64,000 nucleotides of DNA from NCBI GenBank assembly GCA_009103225.1, contig RHPI01000193.1:62001-126000 (forward strand), read 5' to 3'. The DNA comes from Chlorokybus atmophyticus. Its lineage: Eukaryota; Plantae; Mesostigma and Chlorokybus algae. Below the pieces are notes generated by a model. That model ran no database searches. It saw nothing but the letters and a program-made list of their open reading frames with translations, and was not told the DNA's origin. A program made the translations under genes and the position numbers. How positions within the stretch are numbered: position 1 is the stretch's first letter; the number at the start of each line of letters is the position of its first letter. Positions 48,219 through 61,349 of this stretch are shown one piece after another.

Positions 48219-49716
48219 CGATGTGCGCGTGTGCGTGCGACACGGCGTGTACACTCGCTTCCCACATACACACTCTCTCCCTCCCGCGCGCAGCCATGAG
48301 TATCATATTAGTGTTAGCAGCAGCTTGGTTTCTAGTTCTTTTTCTCTCAGTTAGGAAAGGCTCAGCGTAGTTGCTCTCTTGCTCGCTTGGTTGATTTCAT
48401 CGGAGAATTGCTTGGAGGTATTAAAGTTAGGGTGTGACTTTTACTACTCGACTTGTACATTGCTCGCTTTCATAAGAAGATTTTTGGGCTTGTCACCTTG
48501 TGTCTGGGGGACTCACTTGCATGCTTGTGTGCTTGTCCGTTGCAAACCAACTGGTGTTTGAGTCATTTTCGCTGTGTCATACAGTACAACACTGCAAGAT
48601 GTTGTCATTGTGCCCGCAAGCGTGCGGGGAGTATGTGCTGTCTGCGCGCAAGGCTGAGCCAAACTCTCTGTGCCTGTCTTTGAAGTTGTGAGGTCAACAC
48701 ATGTGTTCTGAGTTAATATCAGTAGGTAGGTGCATGATCATGTTGTGTGGGTGCACCCATATTACAGGCGTCCATGCACACATGTGCACCTGCGCACACA
48801 TACCATGGCAATGCCCTCCGCCACAGATGATATGTGCACGTGCGCGCGCAATGCAAGACGGGTACGTATGCACCCACGCACGCACGCATGCCTGTGTCAT
48901 ATGCAGCACATTTATTGTACATGTGGTACATTTCGTTTGCTGGTAGGTGTTCATGCTGCATGCCTGGTAGCCCCCTGCTCTATGCTACGTAAGGTAGCGT
49001 CATAGCTGTGAGCGTGTGTACAAAAGATGAAGGCATGTGTGCACATTGCATGTGCATGTGTACAGGACACATGACGTGCTATTGGTGGTGGGGTTGGGCG
49101 CTCACGCTACCATGCAGCTGTGCGTACCAGCTTGAGTGTATCTCTGTGTGTGCATCTGAGCATACGTGCGTGTGCGTGTGGATGTGGGTGGGTGTGAGTA
49201 TGAGTGCGCATGAGTACACGGGAGTATGTAATACACGTGTGACACTTGTGCCAAGCCCAGTCATGTCGCAAACCAACTATGCGTGCAAGGCTTATTTTTT
49301 TTTCCCAAATGTTTCTCAATCAAAGAAAGAATCGTCTACATACAGCACGAAAGGGGTCTGTCTGTCTGTCTCCCTATAGGAGAGGGCAATGGTAGGCTCT
49401 ACAGCAGCAGATAAGCAAAGAATGCACTATGGTACAAATGTGTCCCCCCCCCCTCCCCAAACCTATCCAACAAAACTTGCTCCCAATAGGCTCAGCTGGC
49501 ACCCTAAAGCCACACAACTGAACCCACATTCACTAAACACAAGCGCTACCTACCACCCCTTGGCACCTCCTTCACACGTATCATCATAAGGGGAGAGGAG
49601 CTTCTTCTCGCTGCACACAATAGACACAAACACACACTGCGCTGTACTAGACTGTAATGGTGGTCTTCACTCTATCTCCATCTTTCACACTTGCTGTTGC
49701 TGTTGTTGTTGTGGAT

Positions 49717-51706
49717 CTACTGTTGGGTGGGGCAGCGATAACCGCAGAGCAGTCCAAACAAAAGTGCATCATTCTCCGTTGTGATCTGTATCTCCTGCGC
49801 GTCGATAGAGGGCGGGCCCGCCACACGCATCCAATAAGGCACGTGTTCCTCCTCACCAATGAATCCAAAGGACCACTCGAAGAAGGTTGTGCCCGCCGCA
49901 TCGGTGACCACTTGTGCGGTACGTCCGTCACCTTGCGGACCCCACTCAATGTTGTTGGCGTTTGTGCCAAGGCATGAGCCGATCTCAATCCTGAAAGCCT
50001 TCATCTGTGTGGCCACCTCGATGCGTCTGAATACGTAGGCGTATTGTGTGACGTTGTTGCCCATGTCCAACACGCTCGTCATGGTCCAGTAGTGGAGCTC
50101 GTCGTACGACGGGTTGCATTGTGGTAGTGGGTCCAACATGGGGAGAGACAACGTTGGGGGTGGGGAGAGAGCAGGTGGAGGTGGGGGTGAGGGCAACACT
50201 GCCGGGTGTACAGCGGGTCCTTTGCACTTGAGCCCACATATCAAGCCTTGAAGGAGTGCATCGTTGGCGGTGATGATAGCCATGTTGATGGGGGAAACCT
50301 CCACATCACCGAAGAAAGTGAGTGAGTATGTTTGCGTGGCCGTGTCGGGATCGAAGCCAAAGTTCCATTGGAAGTACATGACACCATTCTTGATGATAGT
50401 GTTGGCGCTGCGGCCCGAGCCTTGGGGTGACCACACCACTTGTGTTGGGTCAGATGGCACGCAGTTGCCAACCTCTACTTGGAAGTATTTCAGCTGAGTC
50501 AGGAAGCTGTCTCTGCGCACAACCCAACTGAAGGTGCTCGACCCAACATTGTCGTCGTGTGTCACGGCGGTCAGGACCCAGTAGGGTGGGAAGGAGTACA
50601 TGGGGTTGCAGTTGGGTTGGGGGGGGAGGAAGTAAGGTGGGGGTGGGGCAGCTGTGCCAGGGTTCAATGATGGTGTGGGTGCGGGCACGGGTGCGGGTGC
50701 GGGGAGAGGAGGTTGGACAGGAAGTGGGCATTGGATGCCACACATGAGGCCACGCACGGTGCTGCGCGTGTCATTGTAAGGCGTGTTGAGCTCGAATGCA
50801 ACGGGACCCACGTTGAGATGGCCAGCGTAAGTCAAGGTGTAGACAGCAGTCTGAAATAGAGGAACAGATGTCAGATGTCAGATGTCATCACATGGAGCAG
50901 AGACAAGAAGGAGCATGTGTATGTGCGTATGTGGTTGTGGGTATGTGGGTATGTGCTTACATGAGCGCCAGGAGCATAGCCAAAGTTCCACTGCAAAGAG
51001 AGAGATACAAAGAGGAGAGGGGCTGTTAGTCCCAACATCATCATCAACAACAACAGCCACAGATCAGAGTGATAGAATGTGGTTGTGTACCTGGAAGTAG
51101 ACGGATCCTCCGATGACGACCGTGTTGGCGGTGTGTCCATCTCCCTTGGGTCCCCACTCGATGAGGTTGGGGTCGTAGGTGGGCACGCAGGGGGGCAGCT
51201 GGACCTTGAAGTTGTAGTACTGGCTGTCCTCCAGAGACGCGCCGGGCATCGTGTGCATCTCCCAGATGAAGGTGGTGGAGGACTCCGTGAACTCAACAGC
51301 AACCATAGCCCAGTACTGGAGAGAGGGAAACCAGATCATCAGCACGATACTCATTCAATCAGACAGATGCACACATATACAGATACAGATACGCATACAG
51401 ATACAGATACACATACACATACACACACGCATACCCACACACATATACTCACACACATTCTCTTACCGGTGGTAGGTCGAACATGGGGTTGCAGTTGTCG
51501 AAATGCGTGACCGTGCCGGTAGCAGGTGGCGGTGGCGCGAAGAAGCTCGTGTCTTCCGGTGGTGGAGGTGGGGGTGGGGGTGGGGCTGAGTCTGTCTGCA
51601 GCATGCTTCTCATGAGGCGCCTGTCGGAGGCGGAAGCAGTGCCAGCCAATGCGAGGAGAGCTATTGCGGCCAAGAGAAGGCCGCATCGTTGCCTTTGTGG
51701 AGCCAT
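49717..51706 (-). CDS. Secreted proline-rich protein (542 aa) with three tandem copies of a ~130-aa four-cysteine beta-rich domain
   Basis: Exons 51706-51467, 51315-51091, 50990-50961 (30-nt microexon) and 50850-49717, all with phase-0 GT-AG introns. A 5'UTR intron lies at 51832-51716. Signal peptide LLLAAIALLALAGTASA. Repeat consensus CNP.[YF]...YW...W[GS]P.G.G..A...[YF]F.W.FG...GL.CG..C. Pro-rich linkers, no TM or GPI signal. Confidence 0.9.
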
Positions 51707-52089
51707 CGCTACTGTCTGTTTGTTGCAAGGAAGGAAGAGGGATATGTCAATTGCAGTGAAGGATAATCAGGCAGGTAGGCAATGCTGAGATGAGTTGACA
51801 CACACAGCATTGATCAGCACGGCATCCTGTACCTGTGTATGAGTCTGGGCTGCCGCCCAAAGACTCGTCCAGACAGGCGGTGGCGCCCTTCCTCTCTAAC
51901 TCAACTACCACAGCTCCCACAACAACTGAGGTTGAGGCAGCTAATAAAGCTAAGCAGCTAATGAGCTGCTGCTCGCCCTCTGTCTGGCCCTGCCTGCTAC
52001 TCAGCAGCAGTTGCCGCCAGTTAAGAACCCTTCCCCCCTGCCTGCTGCCTGCCTCGCTGCTAGTTGGGTGAGCTATTTCTGGAGCTATT

Positions 52090-52129
52090 TACGGGCGGAC
52101 AGACGCGCAGCTCGATAAAGATCACGTGA
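52090..52129 (-). promoter_or_regulatory. Putative TATA-like (TAAATAG) and G-box (TCACGTGA) upstream of the secreted-protein gene
   Basis: TCACGTGA at 52122-52129. CTATTTA on the + strand at ~52085-52091, upstream of the 5'UTR exon. Confidence 0.35.
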
Positions 52130-52905
52130 CCCCCCCTATGTACTGAGTGCGTCGTCTAGCGCGTGTTATGTACCTTGCGAGGATGCATTAGTGTCGAGTG
52201 GGGGATGTACTGGGTATAGGGCACTTGATGTGTTGCATCGTTCATGAGCCTGATGAAGGCTATCAGGTGTAGTGTATATAGGTGTACCTAGTCGCGGGGA
52301 AAGACGCGACCGTTATCGGTAACGCACCTGTGTCAGGTACACTGCTGTCCGCGGAGTGGGGGGATAGACAGTGTGCAGTGGCAATTTGCCACGTTGCCAC
52401 GCGGCAGTAAGCTAAGGGTTACCGCTGTGGCGGTTTCAACCAACCAGTAGAATGATCATTGGCGGGTAAGTTAGTCTGTAGTCTGCCCTCGTTATATGAA
52501 ACCTTCCTGGTAGACCCGACGGGATGCCTGGACAACATGTTGCCAAATTAGACGCTTTCATGATGCTGCAAGGTGCGAGGTGCGGATTTCGCACTGCGGA
52601 ATCAACTCTCTTACAAAGGTTTGTAATGTATTCACTTGCATGTCATCTTGTGTGCTATGTTACGGACTAGCGACAGACGAGATGTTAGCAAGTTTTGAGG
52701 AATTGAGCGTAAAAGATAGATGAATGTGTAAATGTTGTATATTTCAGGACCACAAGCACTGATCATGTCTATATCGGATTTGAAGGCAATTATCATATTT
52801 TATCAATAACATATTATTTATTTAAAGGCTCAAAAACACTTGCAACCCACAATAAACACTTGTCTATGGTTTTAAAAGGTTAACAGTGTTTGCCACAAGT
52901 CATAG

Positions 52906-54315
52906 GCTATGATTCCGCTCAACATTGACATTGTCATTTTCATGTAGCCGCTGTTTTCGAGCAACTGAGTACGGCCGAAGGCGGTATGGCAAAACGGCGC
53001 TAAGACCTAAGGTAGCTTATATGTGCAACGTCGTTTAACATTATGCACATAAATTTTATTTAGTATGAAACAAAATTTAATCTGGGACTCGCATTCAGTT
53101 ACTAGTACAACGCTATTGCCAATGCTATCCCCCTATTGCTGTCGATCATAGCGAGTTATGGTATAATGTGGGCACGCATTTGCTATACATGCGGCGACAC
53201 TCGTGCCCTGCATAGCAACGCGCCATGATGACAAAATTCTACATGTTATAAAGCAAAATATGTCTATACCCGCGTGTCACGCTCACATAAAACACCAATT
53301 TTGCCACACAGCACAGCACAGCACATTAGCCGCCAGCCCAGCCCGTAGCATGCGCGCCTACGCTCCTGCCGTCGTCAGCGCCCCATCCGCCTCTGTTATG
53401 GGCGGCCTCGCCGATACCGGCCCGCCACTTGCCGCCGCCGTCCTTCATTCCATGCCAGTTATCAAAGATAGAATGCCTCGCATGAGCATGCACCAACATG
53501 GTTAGCGCAAAATGCAATGCAAACAAGTATAAAACATGCAATAAGCCGGTGATAATGTCGTGTTTTATAGCATACTTAAGCTGCAGCTCCAGACTGTGTG
53601 CTTATTCCCCAAGGGCATATGCAAAAACATGCTTGTAAGAATGCTATAAAACACGAGACTATCATCAGTTTATTGCATTATCACATTTGTTTGCATTGCA
53701 TTTTGTGCTAACCATGTTGGTGCATGCTCATGCGGGGCATTCTATTGTTGTTGGCTGGCATATAACGAAGGACGGCGGCGGCAAGTGGCGGGCCGGTATC
53801 GGCGGGGCCGCCCATAACAGAGGCGGATGGGGCGCTGACGGCGGCGGGAGCGTAGGCGCGCATGTTACGGGCAGGGCTGGCGGCTAATGTGCTGTGCCGT
53901 GCTGTGTGGCAAAATTGGTGTTTTATGTGAGCGTGACACGCGGGTATGCACATATTTTGCTTTATAACATGTAGGATTTTGTTATCATGGCGCGTTGCTA
54001 TGTAGGGCACGAGTGTCGCCGCATGTATAGCAAATGCGTGCCCACATTATACCATAACTCGCTATGACCGACAGCAATAGCGATAGCGATAGCGTTAGCA
54101 ATAGCGTTGTAATAGGAATTGAATGCGAGTCTCAGATAAATTTTTTTTCATATTAAATTCAAAGTTATGTGCATAATGTTAAAAGACGTTGCACATATAT
54201 ATAAGCTACCTTACGCCTTAGCGCCGTTTTGCCACACCGCCTCCTGCCGTACTCATTTGCTCGAAAAAAGCGGCTACATGAAAATGACAATGTGAATGTT
54301 GAGCGGAATGATAGC
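52906..54315. repeat. ~1.4 kb foldback inverted repeat (arms ~52906-53573 and ~53641-54315, ~67-nt spacer); possible foldback/long-TIR element or hairpin-RNA locus
   Basis: Left start GCTATGATTCCGCTCAACATTGACATTGTCATTTTCATGTAGCCGC matches the reverse complement of the right end. The twin ORFs 53203-53505 (+) and 53708-54010 (-) translate to 100-aa strings identical at 87 positions. Confidence 0.95.
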
Positions 54316-56626
54316 ACCAGACTCACTCTAAATAGTCGATCACACGCTGCTCAGTGCACCAGCCTTGCGGCAGATTGAAGCTGGAAGCCATTACCGTCGG
54401 CACCGTCCATGGAAGTGTGCAAGCAATAGCTACACTGTCCTGCCATGGCTGCGACACGAAAATGCAAGTGCCGAATCTGCATTTTGCGCGGCACACGTGT
54501 TGTACAACTTTCACAAATATTTTAGCATACCTACGTTGTCACAAGCATTGTAAATACTCAGTAGCATATATTGGAATCACACTACAAGTCTCGGCAAACT
54601 TACTTCAGCAAGGCACAAACAACATCATGGTTCTGTACAAGCATGCTATCCCGGATTTGGCAAATGCCACCAGTGGTCAACCGCTAAACCGACCAATATT
54701 GTTGCGTGCAGCGTGTGTTGCTGTTTTTACCAAGCTCCATAGCAGTGGCAGGGCAACGACATTGTTGATTAAGCTCATTCACAAATGAAGGTCGGTTAGC
54801 GCATTCACATTTTTATGTTGTCATATGTAGCAGAGTGTCGTGGCTACGATTATAACACTATGCTGCATTTTACATCAAGTGAGTAAGTATTGTTAACATT
54901 TGCTCGTCTCCGCATTATGCATGCATAGCTTGCGAGGTAAGAAGCTTGATGTTACGTCGAGCATTTCCACTAGGCCATGTAAGGAAAAGGCGCTTGCGTG
55001 TTGCGGTTTTCTTGAGATGTATAATTATTCAAGCCCCAACCCAAGGGCTATCATAATTGTGACGTTTCCACACTTACTTACTTGCTGGTCGGGTTGGCAA
55101 ACATATGCACGAGCATAAGGACTTACAACACTTTATGGATGGAAGTCCTACCAGCCACCATCTCTGCAGCACCTCGCATGAGAATCAACGCACCAAAGGA
55201 AGGAGAGCACGCCCACTTTGGGAACACCTTCCCACGCCAAGTACTCACACCAAGGAAGGAGAGGATGACCGCACGCCCTCCACTCACTCCAGCACGAGGC
55301 ACGAACACACATGCACCCAAGGTGGCGCACACGCACACATACTAGCACATCCTACAAGGGATGACAGGGAGAGCCCCTTCAACAGCTAACTAGCTAGGCA
55401 CCCCACGCACAAGTGGCCCTTTCGCAAGGTTAACACGCGCAAGTAATTGATTGGACCCCACACAAGGTTGCAACTTAATTTATACCACATGTCGCTCCCC
55501 GACCAGGCACATGATGTCCAAGGCCAACAAGGCCTTGTCATAGTGCGCTGACTTGACACATGACGTTTCCCACATAGGGATCATTAAACTCCACCTCGGG
55601 AGAATTGTTTATCAAGGCCTTTTACCTCGGAAATTATCAACATAGACACAAGATACTTTTCCTAAGCTAACAAGTCCAACGCAGGACTTGTCCCATCGTA
55701 AGACATTAACCTAGGGTCATACGTAATGTTTAACACGGGACAACACATGTGCACAGCATGCCGCTTGGGCCATTAGCAGCTTACTGTTGCCTATAGCAGA
55801 CACACAATGATGGCAACCAGCGTCGTACTAACATAAGCTGCCCGAAACAGCTTACAGCTGCTTCAAGAGTAGCATACATGGCATTCTTGGTTACATCGGA
55901 GTAAACATTGACCAGCTCTATGCTAGCCCTTATCAATGCCTTGTGTAGTGTTGTGTTTAAAACTCGAAGGAAACATGAACACGACTAGAGGAACACAATT
56001 GCTGAGCACTACACAGCTCAACGATCGGAATCTCTACTTGATTCGTCTTATTTACATAAATGAGGAACAGAGAATGACTTTTGCCAGCCCTATGGGCGTG
56101 ACAATTACACTTGAAGTTTTGTTACGCATCACACATGAGAGAGATACTCAAGTAAAAGACATGGTCACACACTCACAAGCAAGGCAGCTAACTAGCTAGC
56201 TTGCATCCAAAATGTCAATATCGCATGTGAGAACCATAGTGTTTACCTTTGTTCGTATATCCACTTGATGCTACCTACAACACTACTACAGCGCTCCTAC
56301 TTATGCCCTGCTAATGAGGGCGCTTCAACACAACACCTTCAAAAATTTCAACATGCTTAGATTGATTGAAGTTGTTGGCGCTAAAGAGTGCCGCTTGGTC
56401 CGACCAATCAATCAACGCTTGGCAAAGCATTGATCAACTGTTCGTGTTCGTCACGTGCAACTTGACCTCTTCACTTTCCTTTGATGTGCTCTTGTATAGC
56501 GACAATATCATCATGCACAACTCTCAAAACATGAAAATGCTAATATCCATTTGAATGCACGTAAAATTCGTTACAACTCCTCCATATCTTTAAATGGTTC
56601 ACTGTCGATGTTTTATGCTTTATTTT

Positions 56627-57052
<426 letters not shown>

Positions 57053-57244
57053 NCGCATCGCCATTAACATTATAACTGCACGTATTGCAACAGGTGAAAT
57101 AATAAAGTTGATTTATACCGCAATTGCAACATGGCTGTACATGTCAGCAGTAAAGGAACGGATGTTAATGCGGCGCAATGTGGTTTATTTATTTGATTCT
57201 TTATTCCCTTTTTATTTAAGTGCAGCTTTAGGTCTGAATGGGAT

Positions 57245-57420
57245 GCGACGGAGTCTTTAAGGGACTGTATTAAACCTCTATCAAGTGGCCTATCAGCTGA
57301 CAGGCAAATACACGACCTGTCAGCTTGGTCGCTTGCGGCGACGAGGGTCATTTGAAAGTGAACTCACCTCTTTATGCGGTGTACGTCGCGGAGCGATGAA
57401 TTGAATCCACAATCTCGCGC
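57245..57420 (-). mobile_element. Possible relic of a pogo/Tc1-mariner (DDE_1) transposase
   Basis: The minus strand reads QVVYLP then, after a frameshift, RPLDRGLIQSLK. This resembles the DDE_1 motif V.[FY]LP.N.TS..QPLD.G.I...K. The match is short and frameshifted. Confidence 0.3.
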
Positions 57421-59077
57421 AATGCGGTTTTGCCAGAATGACTTGAGCGATCGTGTTGCTGTACTACCCCAAAGAGACACAATCCAACTTGATAACATTT
57501 GTGTGTTGATGTGATGTTGGCTGCATTAACCAAAGCGCGGAATTTGGGTTTAACTGCAGGTTGACACGAACAAGGAATGACAAATGCTTCGCCAAGCTGT
57601 TGACCATTATACGCATTACAGGTAATGGCGCAATAACGAAGTGTGCAACAATTACTTGGACAACTCATGGCATTTATAACATTAACCTGAATGCACATCG
57701 TGTCCGCATGAGTGGAGCCGTGATGGCTGTTTGAGTATCCAGCTTGATGAAGTGCATTATCCGCCAGCCAACACGCAAGCATGCGCATGCAAAGCAATGT
57801 AGTTGAGCAAGGTTGCCATAAACTTTATAACACCTTAAAAGCGCTCAAGCAGCTGCGTACTATACCCTCTCTGATGAAAATATGTCACCATACGCTGTTG
57901 GATTGTCAGAAAAAGCACACAGCTTTGAAGAGTTTTTGCGCGCCTGTGCGGGTCTAAATGGGTGTGCATGTGCATGTGGGTGGGTGTACGCGTATGTATG
58001 CGAGTGCAGGGGCATGTTATAGTGATGCGTCTTTGCTTACCCGGCTCGCAAAAGCCTGGTGCACTTTGATATACGGCTTGATGTTGTCCTTCTGAATAAG
58101 AAAGCTTTTTAGGAGGGGTTGATGCAACGCGGCGCGCCCACGTTGTTGGTCGACGCGCCGGAAGATGACTGGCTGCCTGGCGCAGCGGCATTTCTCACCA
58201 CCATTTGATCTAAATGATTAATGAACCGCTTGATGACGGTCGACCGCGATAATTGTGAAGGTCGATTGGCAGTCGACCGGCTTCATATTATTACAGACCG
58301 CCATTGGCTGCAAACACTCAACAGATAAGCCATTTTGCTTCAGTCAAGTAATGAAACCGAGGGACAAATCCCCCCTCTTTTCACCTGTGGCTCACGTGTA
58401 ATGGATACACATGAGCTTCTAAAGATTTGCATGTAGTGATTCATTATCATTATACTATAACTACTTTACTTTTACAATTGTGAAAGTTAAGAGCTATCTG
58501 CGACACATGTCATAATGATAATCCTGAACTGATAGCCCCGTCTAGCATAATTGTCACGAAATAGCAGTTGCAACCCATCTTATTCGCATAGTTGAAAAAA
58601 CAATTAAATCTTCGTATTTAGACGTGGTCTTCAACACCTCTTACCCAAATTAAACTTGCACATGCTGCATATTTTAATAGCTTTGCGTACACAGGAGTTC
58701 CAACTTGGTTGCATTACGAGGCAACAATCGAGGGCATTTTTCAACATACCGGTTTTTAATGTTATCATTATTATCTTGCAATGTTCCGGATCCTCAACTT
58801 TTGGGCCATTCATATGCCTGCGTTCATGATATCTTGTTAAAGATTGATACAACAACAGCCTGCTGAGCAATGCAGTAATTGCTTTGTGTAATATGTTAAC
58901 ATATGTATTATACAGAATATGTGGGTGGATATGGGATACTACCAGCTTGTGTTTGCATGATGCTACCAACCTGTGCGAGCGTGCTGATGCATGTGTGGTT
59001 TTGCTTGCGTGCGCTTGTGTGCATTAGAACGTGCCTCTATGTGCATGCATTATCGCTGTAACTATGTGTGTGCGTGC

Positions 59078-59081
<4 letters not shown>

Positions 59082-59121
<40 letters not shown>
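59082..59121. repeat. (AT)n microsatellite
   Basis: Direct reading. Confidence 0.97.
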
Positions 59122-59124
<3 letters not shown>

Positions 59125-60720
59125 GTGCCCCGTGTGTATGCGCAAACATGTGTGTGCACTTTTGTGCATGCATGCGTGTGTGCAAGCGCTTGAAAGAGGG
59201 CGCCAGCAAGGGGGTGGGGGTGGGGTGTGTTGCTTATGCGCTTTCACAAGCAAAGGCATGGCACCCATCTACGGGCCAAGTCGCCGCCCTGGCTTGACCT
59301 AGCCTGCGCTTGGTCGGCCAGTGCTTCAGCCTAGTTGCCGCCCTCGGCTATCCTCCGTCTGCACTGGGTTGGGCACGTCTCCGCTTGGCTACCTGGACTA
59401 CGCTGGTACACACCGCCTTAGCCTCACCGCCGCCGTCACCGCTGCCGCCGCCGCCACTGATGACGTCGGTGCTTCGGGCACGTGGAGATGGGCAATTGAC
59501 CAGTCAACATGCCGGCATCTTGCCGGCTGAAATCGCAAGCCTTCCTCACCTTCCTTGTTACACCAGCCGTGTCCGCTAGTCCCCTACCGAAGCAGTGTGC
59601 TTCCCTCGTGCTTGCCTTCGAAAATACCTTGTGACTTTTTAACAATCTTAACATTGTTTGGTGTGTTTGTATGTGCGTGCCGACGCGTGGCGCCCTAAGC
59701 AGCGCAAAAAATGCCGCCTCAGGGTGAGCCGTTGAAATGCCCTGCTGCGACGCCCTTCGCCTTTTTACAAAGGGCGAGCCGCGTAGCATTCTGTGCCAAG
59801 CAACAGCACGGCCAAATGCACGGCTGCGGCGGCGCCGGTTTTTTGGCAAGGCGCCTCCGAGACTTACCGCCCTGGTGTGGCGGTATGCGGGCGCACACGC
59901 CGCACGTCACCGCATCTGCTAGAATGTGCACTGTACCGTGCAAGCTATAGCAGCCGCTGTGCAAGCTGCTCAGAGAGGTCAGGGGTGCGGCGGCGGCGGC
60001 GGCGGCGGCGGTGAGCTGTGAGCTGATAAGTGTGGGACTATCTGTGTGGCTTTTTGAATTGTTGGCTGGGTTGTTGGCCGGCTGTTTGGCCATCGCTAAA
60101 GGGCACTGATCGCATTGCTTCGGCAGGGCAGCCAGGCGAGGAGCGCCAGGCCAAGTCTGCATCGGCGGCAAGCAGGTAAGTACGGTCGTTGTGGTGTTGT
60201 TATGATTGCCGTGCTCGGCCTCTCCTGACCGCTTTGTGTTTTTTAAAAGCGGTCAGGCCAGGCCAAGTGGAGCCAAGTTAGGAGGGTGGCCAGGCTAAGC
60301 CAAGCCATGCTAGGAGGGCGGCGGCGGTGTTGGCGGCGAGGTTTTGAGCTAGTAAATATGGTGGTGTGTTCCGTGCTTAGTGTGTTTGTGCATCGGAGTC
60401 GACTAACCGCTCTGTTTTCTTGGAGCGGCTGAGGCAGGCCTGGGGGGCGCGCAGGTTAGGCCTGAAGGCAAGCGGCCATCGGAGTCTGCAGCATTTGGCG
60501 GCAGTAGCATGTACTGTTGTTGTAGTTGATGGCAACTATCATTGTTAGAGTGGTTGTATTGAATGTATGTACTGAAGCATGTTAATGCATTTTAATATAC
60601 TTGCTTATGTGATGTTGAGGTTGTGTGTGTCATGTCTAGACGCATTGCATGTATGTTATATGCATGCATGTGGATGTGGTCGTTCATATTGGTGTTGTGG
60701 TCACAGCGGTATCAGCGACG

Positions 60721-61349
60721 ATGAACATTACCTCGGCACAATACCACCAGGTGGAGAATGTTGCGATAGGCTGAAAGCATTGCAAAGCCTATGTTTAATG
60801 GTGAGTTGATGAAGTGCTTGCATATGTCGAGGTGATTTTGTATGAACGAGTAGCAATATGTTGTTGGGTTTTGCGTGAACGCTAGTCGCATGTGCTGTGC
60901 AGAACATCAACATCCGCAAGCGCCGACAAGAGTTAGCCTTGCAAGCGGAGGCGGGGTTGTTTTCGTCGCGTGATGATAGTAATAGAGAGGGAGAGGGGGT
61001 GGCAGAGGTAGCATGCGATGCGCGCAATGTGCCTATTAAAGCGCCTGTTGATGCACGCATTATTGCATCCATAGTTGAGCGCGTGCCTTATAATGCTCCT
61101 CATCAAAACAACAAAGAGCGTTACAAAGCAATGTGCAAAGCGAAGGAAAGCGCGAAGAATATAGCCCTCGGTTGGTCGCATCGCGCACGAGCAGAGAATC
61201 ACAGCCTGCAAGTCAAGTATGATGCTTATATTCAACGAGAACGTGAGCATCATACCAAGCTCAATGACAAGGTTTTACAACTCTTGGAAACTTTAGCGCG
61301 CACGCGTTTCAAGTTGCATGCTGCTAAGTTGAGGGCGATGCAATCATAG
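60721..61349 (+). CDS. Orphan basic/coiled-coil protein (158 aa), possibly Helitron-associated
   Basis: A non-coding GC-rich first exon ends at 60175 (CAG|GTAAGT). Exon 60707-60750 contains ATG 60721 (MNITSAQYHQ|). Phase-0 intron 60751-60902. Exon 60903-61349 is open, with NLS-like RKRR and a heptad C-terminus. Confidence 0.55.

Noticed and set aside
1-51706. Giant surface protein + GT2 + secreted HRGP-like gene as a cell-wall gene cluster
   Set aside because: They are spread over 50 kb and interleaved with housekeeping genes, with no evidence of co-regulation in the sequence.
53203-54010. Twin 100-aa ORFs on opposite strands
   Set aside because: They are a consequence of the inverted repeat, with no splice, codon or domain support for coding.
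55090-55730. Possible LTR end, PBS-like TGGTAT and Gag-like YDGTSP reading
   Set aside because: There is no second LTR, the PBS does not match tRNA-Met, and the Gag-like frame is not maintained.
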